DNA from: Spirochaetota bacterium
GTDB lineage: Bacteria; Spirochaetota; Spirochaetia; Treponematales; UBA12059
Direction: 5' to 3'
Length of the DNA stretch: 64,000 nucleotides
Assembly: GCA_031402655.1 (NCBI GenBank)
Contig: JANNSO010000119.1
Location: 72,764 to 136,763, forward strand
Positions within the stretch are counted from its first letter, which is position 1; the number at the start of each line of letters is the position of its first letter. The position numbers and the translations under genes are program-made. Positions 33,493-44,217 of the stretch are shown here, piece by piece. The notes beneath the pieces are model-generated. The model searched no databases and was not told the DNA's origin. It saw only the letters and a list, made by a program, of their open reading frames with translations.

Positions 33493-34929
33493 TTGAAGGC
33501 TGCTGTATTTACCGATGCTAATTTCGATGCCTCTGCCGTAATCAAGGCCGTTCGCGGGTTTCTTGAGGAAAATCCGGGTTTAAAACGCCTGCTCGTTGCG
33601 TATTCTGGTGGACCCGACTCTAGCGCCCTGCTTGAGGCATTGCATCTCTTGTCGGCCGGGTTCAAGCTGCAGCTTTTTGCCTGCTGGGTAAACCACAACC
33701 TTCGCAGCAAGGAAGAGTTGCAGGCAGAACGGGTTTTCGTCGAATCGTTTTGCGCCAAGCGATCGATTCCCGTACTTGTTTTTGAGGCGGAACCGGGTCA
33801 AATAAAGGCTGCGGGCAGAGTATCCCAAAACGGCGGGGTAGAGGCGGCGGCACGGGATTTTCGCCATAAGTGCCTGGAAAAAGCCCGAAGCGAAAATAGC
33901 TGCGATGCGATAGTGCTGGCCCATACTTTGGATGATGTACTTGAAACCATGGTGATGCGCTTTTTTACCGGGTCCGGAACCGGTGGGCTTCGAGGGATAG
34001 CACCCGCATCTGCTTGGCTTAGGCGTCCATTGCTGGGTATCGGCAAGGATGCAATTTACAAATTTCTTGAACACAAATCCCTGGAATATCGCTTTGATTC
34101 CACCAATGAACAACGAGATTACTTGCGGAATCATGTTAGGCACTCCCTGATGCCCCAAATCCATACGGTTTTTCCTAATTTGAGCATGGCTTTATCTACA
34201 TCCGCTCGAAAGGCAAGCATTGAGGACGATGCGCTCAATTCTTATGCGCAGGAGCTTCTTGTCCCTGCCGCGGTGCTGCCGGGTTCGCCATATTTGCCAT
34301 TCCGGATTCCGAGCGCGATTTTTAACCAAGCCCCGCTTGCCGTAAGGATTCGAGCCTTATATCTTGTCGCCCGCAGTTTTTCTTCCCGAATTCCCTGGAA
34401 CTTCATGCATAATGCGGCTCGCAATAATAAAAGCTCCGGATTACTGGCCGAAGGCGTTGGAATTTCGATATATTCAGACCGAGGATCAATCTGGATACGG
34501 AGATCTGCGGAACCGGATACTGCGGCGTCCTTTGAGTTTGTAGCCCGGACCTTTGGCGAGTACATGATAGGCAAAGAATTGAGCTTCGGTTTATACTGTT
34601 CGAGTGCGGCTGGATTACTTTCTGTTTCCTCCATACGGAGCGATTCATTTGCATGGCCCCTGCGCCTTCGAAGCGCAAAGGCTTCCGATATTCTTATGGC
34701 GAAAAATAAAGCGCGCCCGGTGTCGACCCTGCTGCTCGACATGAAAATACCAAGGGCACAGTGGAATCTTGTGCCTGTCGTGGAGGATGTTCGAGGTATT
34801 GTGGCCGTTTTGGGGCGTATTTGCGGGTCTCGCGATTTGTTTAGATATAATGGGGAAATAGAGCACTGCGAATCCCCTGCTTTTTTGTCTGTAGAGCTGA
34901 AAGGAGCCGTTTTCAAAGATGGAATTTGA
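33493..34929 (+). CDS. tilS: tRNA(Ile)-lysidine synthase TilS
   Basis: 478 aa, TTG start. PP-loop motif LVAYSGGPDSSALL. The gene sits upstream of ftsH, as in many bacteria. Confidence 0.88.
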   Translation: MKAAVFTDANFDASAVIKAVRGFLEENPGLKRLLVAYSGGPDSSALLEALHLLSAGFKLQLFACWVNHNLRSKEELQAERVFVESFCAKRSIPVLVFEAEPGQIKAAGRVSQNGGVEAAARDFRHKCLEKARSENSCDAIVLAHTLDDVLETMVMRFFTGSGTGGLRGIAPASAWLRRPLLGIGKDAIYKFLEHKSLEYRFDSTNEQRDYLRNHVRHSLMPQIHTVFPNLSMALSTSARKASIEDDALNSYAQELLVPAAVLPGSPYLPFRIPSAIFNQAPLAVRIRALYLVARSFSSRIPWNFMHNAARNNKSSGLLAEGVGISIYSDRGSIWIRRSAEPDTAASFEFVARTFGEYMIGKELSFGLYCSSAAGLLSVSSIRSDSFAWPLRLRSAKASDILMAKNKARPVSTLLLDMKIPRAQWNLVPVVEDVRGIVAVLGRICGSRDLFRYNGEIEHCESPAFLSVELKGAVFKDGI

Positions 34930-36784
34930 CGATGATAACAACAAGCTTCCGCGCAAGCCGAATGCAAGTCCGCCCCGCGCGAATAAATTATCCCTGATTG
35001 TTTTTCTGGGTTTGATTAGCGCAACAGCAATTTTTCTTTTTGTCGACGGAAAGTCCGCCAAGAATATCCTCCCGTATTCCACCTTCCTTACTCATTTGAC
35101 CGAGGGAAACGTGGACTCCGTTCGAATCATCGATCAGATGACCATAGAGGGGAAACTTCGAGGAAAAACCGGCGAAAGCCAGGAATTCCGAACGCTGATA
35201 CCGTATGTGGATCTGGAACTTCTCAAGGAACTGCGATCTAAACAGGTAATAATCGAAGGTTCCCTAAGTTCCGCCAGTCCTTGGAGAATCCTGCTCGAGC
35301 TGCTTCCATGGGGATTCGGATTCTTTATTCTCTGGCTGATGTTCAGGCAGTTTCAGGGTAACAACAAGGCGTTTACCTTTGGCAAGAGCAAGGCCAAGCG
35401 ATATAACGAATCTGACAAGAAATTTACCTTCGCCGATGTAGCCGGTCAGGTAGAAGCCAAGTACGAATTGACCGAAGTCGTGGATTATCTCAAGAATCCG
35501 CAGAAATTCGTCAAGATGGGCGCCAGGATTCCCAAAGGCGTACTGCTTGTAGGCATGCCGGGAACGGGCAAGACCCTTCTTGCCAAGGCGGTAGCCGGCG
35601 AGGCAGCCGTGCCGTTCTTCCATATGTCCGGTTCGGACTTCGTGGAAATGTTCGTTGGCGTCGGAGCCAGCCGAGTGCGCGATCTATTCGAGCAGGGCAG
35701 GCGCAGCGCTCCGTGCATCATTTTTATAGACGAGCTTGATGCCGTAGGAAGAACGCGCGGAGCTGGCTACGGCGGAGGGCATGACGAGCGCGAGCAGACC
35801 CTGAACCAGATGCTCGTGGAGATGGACGGCTTCGATACCAAGGATGGTGTTATAATCATTGCCGCAACGAACCGGCCAGATGTCCTTGACCCCGCCTTGC
35901 TGCGCCCCGGCCGATTCGACAGGCAGGTGGTCGTTGCCATGCCCGACATACAGGAACGCGAGGACATACTCAAGATACACATGGTGAAGGTTCCTGTGGA
36001 CGCTGCCATCGATATTAAGAAAATAGCCCGCGCTACGCCGGGTATGAGCGGTGCCGATCTTGCGAATCTTGTTAACGAGGCCACTCTTTTCGCTATCAGG
36101 CGGGAAAAGCCCACGGTGGAAATGCAGGATTTCGAAGAGGCGCGCGATAAGCTGATAATGGGAGTCGCACGGGCTTCATTGGTGATTTCGGAAGAGGAAA
36201 AGCTGGCCACCGCCTACCACGAAGCCGGTCATGCGCTTTTGCACTATTACCTCAAGAACGCCGACCAGCTGCACAAAGTTACCATCGTTCCGCGTGGCCG
36301 GTCCCTTGGAGCGGCTTTCTCCCTGCCCGAGCGCGATGCGTATTCCCGCGGACGCGGCTGGATACGCGACAGGATAGTCATTATGTATGGCGGTTTTTCC
36401 GCGGAAAGCATCATTTATAATGAAACTACCACGGGAACCACGCAGGATATAAAGGAAGCCACCAATTTGGCCCACAAGATGGCCTGCGAGTGGGGTATGG
36501 CTGAGGATCTGGGACCTATCGCCTATGGTCAGGAAGACGAGCCCATATTCCTTGGCAAGGAAATTGCCAGGCATAAGGACTATTCCGAAGATACCGCCAA
36601 GCGCATAGACCATGCCGTTTTCAAGATTCTTGAGGAAGCGCGAAAGACGGCGTTTGATTTACTTACGAAATACCGGGATCAACTGGAACGTCTAGCTCAG
36701 GAGCTCATGCTGAAGGAGACCTTGCTTGATGAAGATATTACGGCAATGTTCGGGTTTAAAAGCAGATCGGGCAAGGAAGCCTGA
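34919..36784 (+). CDS. ftsH: ATP-dependent zinc metalloprotease FtsH
   Basis: 621 aa. Two TM segments, Walker [14 protein letters not shown], an SRH region, and the zinc site HEAGHAL. Confidence 0.96.
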   Translation: MEFDDDNNKLPRKPNASPPRANKLSLIVFLGLISATAIFLFVDGKSAKNILPYSTFLTHLTEGNVDSVRIIDQMTIEGKLRGKTGESQEFRTLIPYVDLELLKELRSKQVIIEGSLSSASPWRILLELLPWGFGFFILWLMFRQFQGNNKAFTFGKSKAKRYNESDKKFTFADVAGQVEAKYELTEVVDYLKNPQKFVKMGARIPKGVLLVGMPGTGKTLLAKAVAGEAAVPFFHMSGSDFVEMFVGVGASRVRDLFEQGRRSAPCIIFIDELDAVGRTRGAGYGGGHDEREQTLNQMLVEMDGFDTKDGVIIIAATNRPDVLDPALLRPGRFDRQVVVAMPDIQEREDILKIHMVKVPVDAAIDIKKIARATPGMSGADLANLVNEATLFAIRREKPTVEMQDFEEARDKLIMGVARASLVISEEEKLATAYHEAGHALLHYYLKNADQLHKVTIVPRGRSLGAAFSLPERDAYSRGRGWIRDRIVIMYGGFSAESIIYNETTTGTTQDIKEATNLAHKMACEWGMAEDLGPIAYGQEDEPIFLGKEIARHKDYSEDTAKRIDHAVFKILEEARKTAFDLLTKYRDQLERLAQELMLKETLLDEDITAMFGFKSRSGKEA

Positions 36785-36806
36785 TACAGTCTCCGCTCAA
36801 CGCAGA

Positions 36807-38771
36807 ATGGCCCTGAAAATCAGCGGCCGTTCTGTGTTTTTATTATTTCATTTCTGTGTATTATTTTCTTTTTTGCCTCTTCAGTCCTTCGCAGAAGGGT
36901 CGCCTAACGGCGCGCCTAACGGCGCGCCTAACGGCGAGAATCCTGGCGCTGATACCCGTAAGCGGGATGCTGCTCTTTCGCGAACTCTCCTTGAGGGTGC
37001 CAGAAACGCCATAAGCCTGGGATACATGCTCGAGGCAATCGAGCTTATCGATGAATCCATCGAATATTCTCCTGCCAATTCCGATGCGCTTTATCTTCGC
37101 GCCCTCTGCGGTCTGTCGCTGAAGGAGCCGCAGGCCCAACTGGGTCTCCTGCTCGAGGGCGCTCTCAGCGGGAATGAGTTTTTTTATTATGCCAGGGAAG
37201 ATGCCCTGCTGCTCTACAGTTCCTTTCTTGTGCATACACGGGACTATCACGATGCATTGCGTTTTCTTTCCGCTCTTCGCCATAGTCCAAAGCGGGACAG
37301 CCTCGAAGCCGAAGCCTTGCGACTTTCGGGAAATCCCGAAAAGGCAAGGGAATCCCTGCTCATGCTGATTGGCAGATATCCCTCCGAGGCCGCACTCTGC
37401 ATTCCCTGGCTATTTTCCCTGAACCATGAGACTCGATCGGCAGCCGATGCCAAACTTGTAGCGGAACTCTTCCGGCTTTTGCCGGGTATAAAGGAAAAGT
37501 CGCCGGATTTTCTGGCAGCACTGGTACCGTTTGCATCCACCCTTGAGGATTCGCGCTTTATGCTGCGGGAGTTTAGGGCTATGGGCGGCAGCAGTGCCGG
37601 ATCCACGGTCTTGTCGTTGAAATACGGTCTTGTTGCTGAAGCCGATGCAATTACAGAATTTTTTTCGGGTGTTTATCCGCTGTTTGCCGATGTGGTTCGC
37701 GATTTTTATGGTAATTTGGGAAGCGATCAAAGCCAGCAATCCTTTTTGAAAACATTCCTAGCGTTTTCGGGAACCATCGCCGCTGATGATAACAGAGATG
37801 GCATAGCGGATTTTCTGGTACAGTACGAATCCGGGCAAGCCCTATCGGCAATCGTTGATCAAAACCAGGACGATGTCGCCGAAATACGGGTGTTTTTTAC
37901 TGATGGCGTGCCTTCGCAGGCTAAATCGCGGAGCGTGTCGCAGGATGTCGAGTTAAGTTATGGACTATGGCCGTATCTTGCTACCGTTTCGTATACTTCC
38001 CCGCTCGGCGGGAAAATGTACAGCGTCAAGCCTTCGGCCCTGGCATACCGTATTCTCGATTTTGATGTTCTTGGTCGCTATCAGGGGCGGGCTGTCATGC
38101 TTTATGGCAATTCTGCGATTCCGCTGCTTCTCGAACAGCAGGTTTTGTCCCAAGCCGTTCATGTCAGCGAGAAAACACCCCGAAAAATTCAGACGGCTGA
38201 CCTGATAGACGGCATGCCCGTGCAATCCTGGTATTCATTGCATACGGGTATGGCTGCGAAGGTTTTTTATACCAATGGCATGCCGGAATCTGAACAGGTG
38301 GATTTGAATGGCGACGGTAGATTCGAAGGACGGAAATACTGGGCCTTGAATTCGGCCGGCGAATCGATTCCCGTCAGCATAGAGATAGATGCAAATGCAG
38401 ACGGCATTTACGAGTACCTTGAATCGCTTGTGGCTCCGTTTGAAAAAAGCTGGGATCTTGACGACAACGGCAGTATGGACTTGAAGCTTATTCCACAAGA
38501 CGAAGGCCACCGGCGATACGAATTCTCGAGTCGGCTCAATAGTACGGTTGACATTGTGCTCGTCTATGCCTCAGGCAGGATAAGCAAGGCGTTTCGCAAC
38601 GATATTTCAATATCGCTGGTACCCGATGCCGGTGGCAAAGTAATATGGCTTGGCAAAAAGCCTTTTGACTTTGGGGTGGAAGTGCCAAAACCCGGCTGGG
38701 GAGTCAGAGCCTCGCTCAGGTATTTCGTGCTTGCTGTCGGCGATCTGCTCTATGCCGAAGTTTTAGACTGA
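36807..38771 (+). CDS. large secreted hypothetical protein (TPR-like N-half, DxDxDG-type repeats in the C-half)
   Basis: Preferred start is MALKISGRSVFLLFHFCVLFSFLPLQSFA, after the ftsH stop. Features are an (A)PNG x3 repeat and recurring motifs DDNRDGIADF, DQNQDDVAEI, DLNGDGRFEG, DANADGIYEY and DLDDNGSMDL. Confidence 0.6.
   Translation: MALKISGRSVFLLFHFCVLFSFLPLQSFAEGSPNGAPNGAPNGENPGADTRKRDAALSRTLLEGARNAISLGYMLEAIELIDESIEYSPANSDALYLRALCGLSLKEPQAQLGLLLEGALSGNEFFYYAREDALLLYSSFLVHTRDYHDALRFLSALRHSPKRDSLEAEALRLSGNPEKARESLLMLIGRYPSEAALCIPWLFSLNHETRSAADAKLVAELFRLLPGIKEKSPDFLAALVPFASTLEDSRFMLREFRAMGGSSAGSTVLSLKYGLVAEADAITEFFSGVYPLFADVVRDFYGNLGSDQSQQSFLKTFLAFSGTIAADDNRDGIADFLVQYESGQALSAIVDQNQDDVAEIRVFFTDGVPSQAKSRSVSQDVELSYGLWPYLATVSYTSPLGGKMYSVKPSALAYRILDFDVLGRYQGRAVMLYGNSAIPLLLEQQVLSQAVHVSEKTPRKIQTADLIDGMPVQSWYSLHTGMAAKVFYTNGMPESEQVDLNGDGRFEGRKYWALNSAGESIPVSIEIDANADGIYEYLESLVAPFEKSWDLDDNGSMDLKLIPQDEGHRRYEFSSRLNSTVDIVLVYASGRISKAFRNDISISLVPDAGGKVIWLGKKPFDFGVEVPKPGWGVRASLRYFVLAVGDLLYAEVLD
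36901..36936 (+). repeat. perfect 12-nt tandem repeat x3 (in frame)
   Basis: CGCCTAACGGCG repeated three times head to tail, encoding the SPNGAPNGAPNG part of the protein. Confidence 0.9.
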
Positions 38772-38849
38772 ATTATTCCTCTCCAGCCTTGATTTTCTCC
38801 ACTTGGTCTCCTAAAATTACTTTATTGCCAAATACGCAATGGGGGTAAT

Positions 38850-39197
38850 ATGGGTAGTTCCGAGCTTCAAGTGAACCTTCCTTTATCTGGTGTGCTAAAT
38901 ATAGAAAATTCTGCTGAAACAGCCCTCCTGCTTTCCGATGCAATCAACAAATCCGAAAAGCTGGCAATAGATTTAAGCGGAGTCAGGGAGCTGGATCTGC
39001 CTGGTATCCAGCTTTTATATTCGGCAAGCCGGACCGCCGCCAACAAGGGCAGGTCGTTGGTCCTTACGGGGAGCATAGCTCCGGAGGCAATTCGCAAATT
39101 GCTGCATGCCGGCTTTATTCAAAATACCTGCAGCTCAGGCGAGGCTTTGATGGCCATGCTTCCCGATTTTTTTGCGGCAGGCAGTAAGACATGCTAG
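38850..39197 (+). CDS. STAS-domain protein (anti-sigma-antagonist fold), first gene of the che operon
   Basis: 115 aa. LAIDLSGVRELDLPGIQLLYSASRTAANKGRSLVLTG resembles SpoIIAA/STAS, but DLPG sits where phosphorylatable STAS proteins have DSSG. It overlaps the cheA start. Confidence 0.7.
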   Translation: MGSSELQVNLPLSGVLNIENSAETALLLSDAINKSEKLAIDLSGVRELDLPGIQLLYSASRTAANKGRSLVLTGSIAPEAIRKLLHAGFIQNTCSSGEALMAMLPDFFAAGSKTC

Positions 39198-41350
39198 ATA
39201 AATTCAAAGACGCATTTCGCGAAGAGGCTCAGGAACTCCTTGGGAATCTGGAAACCCTGCTTTTGGAGCTTGAGGTGGACAGTACGGACATGGAACTGAT
39301 CAATGCCGCTTTTCGGGCTGTTCATACCATAAAAGGCTCGGCAGGCATGTTTGGCTTCGAACGCATCAGCCGTTTTACCCACGATTTTGAGACGCTTTTG
39401 GACAGCTGCCGCTCCGGTGCCTGCACGGTGGACAAGCATCTCATCGACCTATCGCTCAGAGCACGCGACGTCATACGCGAAATGCTCACCGAAGAAGACA
39501 ATACGCTTCCATTCAGCGATGTAGCGCAGCGGCTGATGGGTGAATTTCGCCTCGCCATCAGTTCGTGCGCGGACGCGGTTCCGGATGCTGCGCCTGCCAG
39601 GCTGCCTGCAGAGGGGAGCCTGGCAGTCCAACCCATTCAGCCGGCAATGCCGAGAGAAATATTTACCGTGGAACCCAACGACGACTCCAGCGGAACATAC
39701 CGGATATTCTTTAAGCCGCCCCCGTCCATCTTTAAGAACGGCACTCGCGTTTTAAAGCTATTCGAGGAGCTTGCCGATCTTGGCGAACTTTCCGCGCATC
39801 CGCGCATGCGCGACCTTCCGTCTCTCGATGCGCTTGACCCGGAGCTCTGCTACGTCGCCTGGGATATTATTCTTACTACCAGTCAGGGAATTAACTCCAT
39901 CCAGGACGTGTTTATCTTTATCGATTGCGCCGCGGATTTGAAGATAGAGCGACTCGATAACCCCGACGAGCTGCTTCGCGATCGGCCCAAAAAGCTTGGG
40001 GAGATACTCGTGGAACGCGGCTTGATTCAGGCTGAAGCCCTGGGCATTGCATTGAAGTCCCAGCGGAAGCTCGGGGAAGTGCTCTTGGAAAAAAATATCG
40101 TGTCGCCGGGGGAGCTGGAATCGGCACTGGTCGAGCAGGCGCATTTAAAGCGCGCTCAGGAAAAGCAAAGCGAAACCGCAGGTTCAATTCGAGTCTCCAG
40201 CGAAAAGCTCGATCAGCTGGTCGATCTCGTAGGCGAAATGGTGACTCTGCAAGCCAGGCTGGCCCGAACTTCTTTGCAGTTGGGGGACACGGGATTATCC
40301 TCGATATCCGAGCAATTCGAGCGGCTTGTTTCCCAATTGCGGGATAACGCCATGAGCGTGCGCATGCTGCCCATCGGTTCTACCTTTAATAAATTTCGCA
40401 GGGTTGTGCGGGATCTTTCTGCGGAGCTTGGCAAGGAAGTGGAGTTATTGACAGAAGGAGCCGACACCGAGCTGGACAAAACCGTAATAGAGCGGCTCAA
40501 TGATCCCCTGGTACATATAATAAGGAACTCACTGGATCATGGAATCGAGAAGCCGCAAGACCGCATTGCCGCAGGGAAACCTTCGGGTGGAAAAATAACC
40601 CTCTCGGCCCAGCATTCGGGGGCTCATGTCGTGATAAGCGTTTCCGACGATGGAAAAGGCCTGGATATCGACGCTATTCGAGCCAAGGCGATAGAGCGCG
40701 GCATCCTGAGTGCCAACCAGGACCTCAGTGACGAGGATGCGTTCATGCTTATCTTCAGGCCTGGTTTTAGTACCGCAAAAAACGTTACCAGCGTTTCAGG
40801 CAGGGGCGTGGGCATGGATGTGGTGAAGCGAGAGATAGATTCGCTGGGCGGCATGGTTACTGTGGAATCGATCAAGGGCAAAGGTTCCAGGATTTTGCTT
40901 AAAATTCCGCTTACCCTGGCGATAATCGAAGGTCTGCTTGTGCGCATCGGCAATGAGTTTTTCGTGCTGCCCCTGTCTTCCGTGGAGGGCTGCGTCGAAC
41001 TTTCCCGGGACGAAAACGGCTCGGGCGAGAATGGCAGGATAATGCGCTACCGCGAAGAATTGCTGCCGTATATCGATCTGCGCGACTTTTTCTCCGTGCC
41101 GGGAATCGCTCCCGCGCTTTCCCAGGTTGTGGTCATCAATTCCCAGGGCAGCCATATGGGACTGGTCGTCGATAATGTTATCGGGGATTACCAGACCGTC
41201 ATCAAACCGCTTGGACGCATGTTCAAGGATGCTGAGGGCCTGTCGGGAGCCACGATACTGGGTGACGGCACCGTGGCGCTTATAGTAGACTTTAACGGCC
41301 TGGCAAACCATTCCCGCGCTTCGGGTAAAATTAAAGCGGGTACACAATGA
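39191..41350 (+). CDS. cheA: chemotaxis histidine kinase CheA with an inserted MshEN-like segment
   Basis: 719 aa. Hpt domain (AVHTIKGSAGMFG), a dimerisation region, the HATPase (DHGIEKP...GRGVGMDVV) and a C-terminal CheW-like domain. The extra segment at aa 268-316 is described in the findings. Confidence 0.93.
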   Translation: MLDKFKDAFREEAQELLGNLETLLLELEVDSTDMELINAAFRAVHTIKGSAGMFGFERISRFTHDFETLLDSCRSGACTVDKHLIDLSLRARDVIREMLTEEDNTLPFSDVAQRLMGEFRLAISSCADAVPDAAPARLPAEGSLAVQPIQPAMPREIFTVEPNDDSSGTYRIFFKPPPSIFKNGTRVLKLFEELADLGELSAHPRMRDLPSLDALDPELCYVAWDIILTTSQGINSIQDVFIFIDCAADLKIERLDNPDELLRDRPKKLGEILVERGLIQAEALGIALKSQRKLGEVLLEKNIVSPGELESALVEQAHLKRAQEKQSETAGSIRVSSEKLDQLVDLVGEMVTLQARLARTSLQLGDTGLSSISEQFERLVSQLRDNAMSVRMLPIGSTFNKFRRVVRDLSAELGKEVELLTEGADTELDKTVIERLNDPLVHIIRNSLDHGIEKPQDRIAAGKPSGGKITLSAQHSGAHVVISVSDDGKGLDIDAIRAKAIERGILSANQDLSDEDAFMLIFRPGFSTAKNVTSVSGRGVGMDVVKREIDSLGGMVTVESIKGKGSRILLKIPLTLAIIEGLLVRIGNEFFVLPLSSVEGCVELSRDENGSGENGRIMRYREELLPYIDLRDFFSVPGIAPALSQVVVINSQGSHMGLVVDNVIGDYQTVIKPLGRMFKDAEGLSGATILGDGTVALIVDFNGLANHSRASGKIKAGTQ

Positions 41351-42204
41351 GCATGGAGGAGGCCGGCGACCTCAGACATTATGAGGGTCTTTCTGACAGG
41401 GCTTTTAAGAAACTCGCGGAATATATCGAAGCCCAGCTCGGCATCCGCATGCCCGACGCAAAGCGGATAATGCTGGAGAGCCGCCTGCAGAAACGGCTGC
41501 GCATACTCGGACTTCCCGATTATGACGCATATCTGGACCATGTCTTTTCAGACAGCGACAATACCGAACTTGTGCAGATGATCGATGCAGTGACCACGAA
41601 CAAGACCGATTTTTTCAGGGAACCCGATCACTTCGATATACTTACTTCGCGTATCCTGCCCAAAGCCCTGTCGAATCCGGGCATGGGTAGACCTTTTTCC
41701 TTCTGGTCCGCCGGATGCGCAACGGGGGAAGAGCCCTATACCCTGGCCATGGTGCTTGAGGAATTTATTTTAACCCATCCGGGTTTTTCCTACCAAATAA
41801 TAGCATCGGACATTTCTACGCAAGCTTTGCAAAAGGCTGTAAACGCGATTTACCCAAGCGAGCGCGTAGACGTGGTTCCCCTGGCGCTGAAGCGGAAATA
41901 TCTTTTGCGGTCTAAGGATTCGCAGAAAGGCGATGTACGATTCAAGAAGGAAGTCCGGGAAAAAATTAAATTCATCCGCTTGAATTTCATGGATGACAGC
42001 TATCCGTTCGAAGGCGTATTCGACATGGTTTTTTGCAGGAATGTTATTATTTATTTTGACCGTGCAACCCAGGAGAAGATGCTGGGCCGTATTTGCAGGC
42101 ACCTGCGGCCGGGAGGCAACCTGTTTCTAGGGCATTCGGAAACGCTGACGGGCATGAGTCTGCCCTTGCGTTCCATAGCTCCCACTGTTTACGAAAAATT
42201 ATAG
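41347..42204 (+). CDS. cheR: chemotaxis protein methyltransferase CheR
   Basis: 285 aa. TNKTDFFREPDHF, and SAM-binding FWSAGCATGEEPYTLAM and FCRNVIIYFD. Confidence 0.92.
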   Translation: MSMEEAGDLRHYEGLSDRAFKKLAEYIEAQLGIRMPDAKRIMLESRLQKRLRILGLPDYDAYLDHVFSDSDNTELVQMIDAVTTNKTDFFREPDHFDILTSRILPKALSNPGMGRPFSFWSAGCATGEEPYTLAMVLEEFILTHPGFSYQIIASDISTQALQKAVNAIYPSERVDVVPLALKRKYLLRSKDSQKGDVRFKKEVREKIKFIRLNFMDDSYPFEGVFDMVFCRNVIIYFDRATQEKMLGRICRHLRPGGNLFLGHSETLTGMSLPLRSIAPTVYEKL

Positions 42205-42225
42205 AAGACCAAGGACGGCCGATAG

Positions 42226-43292
<1,067 letters not shown>

Positions 43293-43345
43293 CTTGTAAA
43301 TCGAAGAGCCGCTTTTAGCGGCCAGTTTGGATTCAGGAGGTTTTT

Positions 43346-43714
43346 ATGGGTAAAAAAATATTGGTTATTGATGATTCCGCCGCGATCCGGCAGAGCATTT
43401 CCTACATTCTCAACCAGGAAGGCTATGAAACCACCGAGGCCTGCGACGGTCTTGAGGGGCTGCAGAAGCTGGACGGTGTTGACCATCTCGACTGCATCAT
43501 AACCGATGTAAACATGCCCAATATGGACGGCATTACCTTTATACGCAAGGCACGGGAAAACGGCAAGTTCAAATTCGTCCCGATTCTGGTGCTTACCACG
43601 GAATCGCAGGGAGCTAAAATGAACGAGGGCAAGGATGCGGGTGCCACGGGCTGGATCGTAAAGCCGTTCAGCGCCGACAAATTATTGGCCGTGGTAAAAA
43701 AGGTAGCGGAATAG
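43346..43714 (+). CDS. cheY: chemotaxis response regulator CheY
   Basis: 122 aa single REC domain. ILVIDDS, ITDVNMPNMDG, LTTE and WIVKPF motifs. AGGAGG SD. Confidence 0.9.
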   Translation: MGKKILVIDDSAAIRQSISYILNQEGYETTEACDGLEGLQKLDGVDHLDCIITDVNMPNMDGITFIRKARENGKFKFVPILVLTTESQGAKMNEGKDAGATGWIVKPFSADKLLAVVKKVAE

Positions 43715-43716
43715 CC

Positions 43717-44217
43717 GTGGAAAACGCCAAGCCGCTTGCGGGAAGGTTTCTGACGTTTATGCTCGACGGCGAGATTTACGCCGTAACGGTGGAACGCGTC
43801 GAAGTAGTACTGGAAATGCAGACTATTACGAGGGTTCCCAATACGGATTCGCAGATATGCGGCGTAATCAACCATCGCGGATCGGTGATTCCCGTAGTCG
43901 ATTTGCGAATACGGTTCGGCCAGAGGCCATCGCTTCGCGACGAGAGCTGCTCGATAGTCGTTCTCCAGGTCAAGTACGAAGGCGAAACGCTGACGGCAGG
44001 CATGCTTGCGGACGGCGTGCGCGAGGTGCTGGACATAGAAACCGACGCGCTGGAATCCACGCCGAAAATCGGTGAGCGAAAAGGCGTGGCATCCGGTTCC
44101 GCCGCTTCATCCTGCGTAGCGGGGCTGGCCAGGATAGGTAAAGATTTTATTATAATTTTGGATATCGACGCTACGTACGCCAGAGGTTCCTCTATTTTGG
44201 AAACGGGCCATGCATAG
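43717..44217 (+). CDS. cheW: chemotaxis coupling protein CheW
   Basis: 166 aa, GTG start. FLTFMLDGEIYAVTVERVEVVLE...ICGVINHRGSVIPVVDLR is a typical CheW sequence. Confidence 0.88.
   Translation: MENAKPLAGRFLTFMLDGEIYAVTVERVEVVLEMQTITRVPNTDSQICGVINHRGSVIPVVDLRIRFGQRPSLRDESCSIVVLQVKYEGETLTAGMLADGVREVLDIETDALESTPKIGERKGVASGSAASSCVAGLARIGKDFIIILDIDATYARGSSILETGHA

Noticed and set aside
36726-36806. N-terminal extensions of many track ORFs, for example 36726, 32048, 28731, 19565, 16924, 20231, 24295, 52036, 60131 and 4672..6000.
   Set aside because: The extensions overlap upstream genes or lack family similarity. Internal starts with good SD sequences give canonical N-termini or signal peptides, so I used those coordinates.
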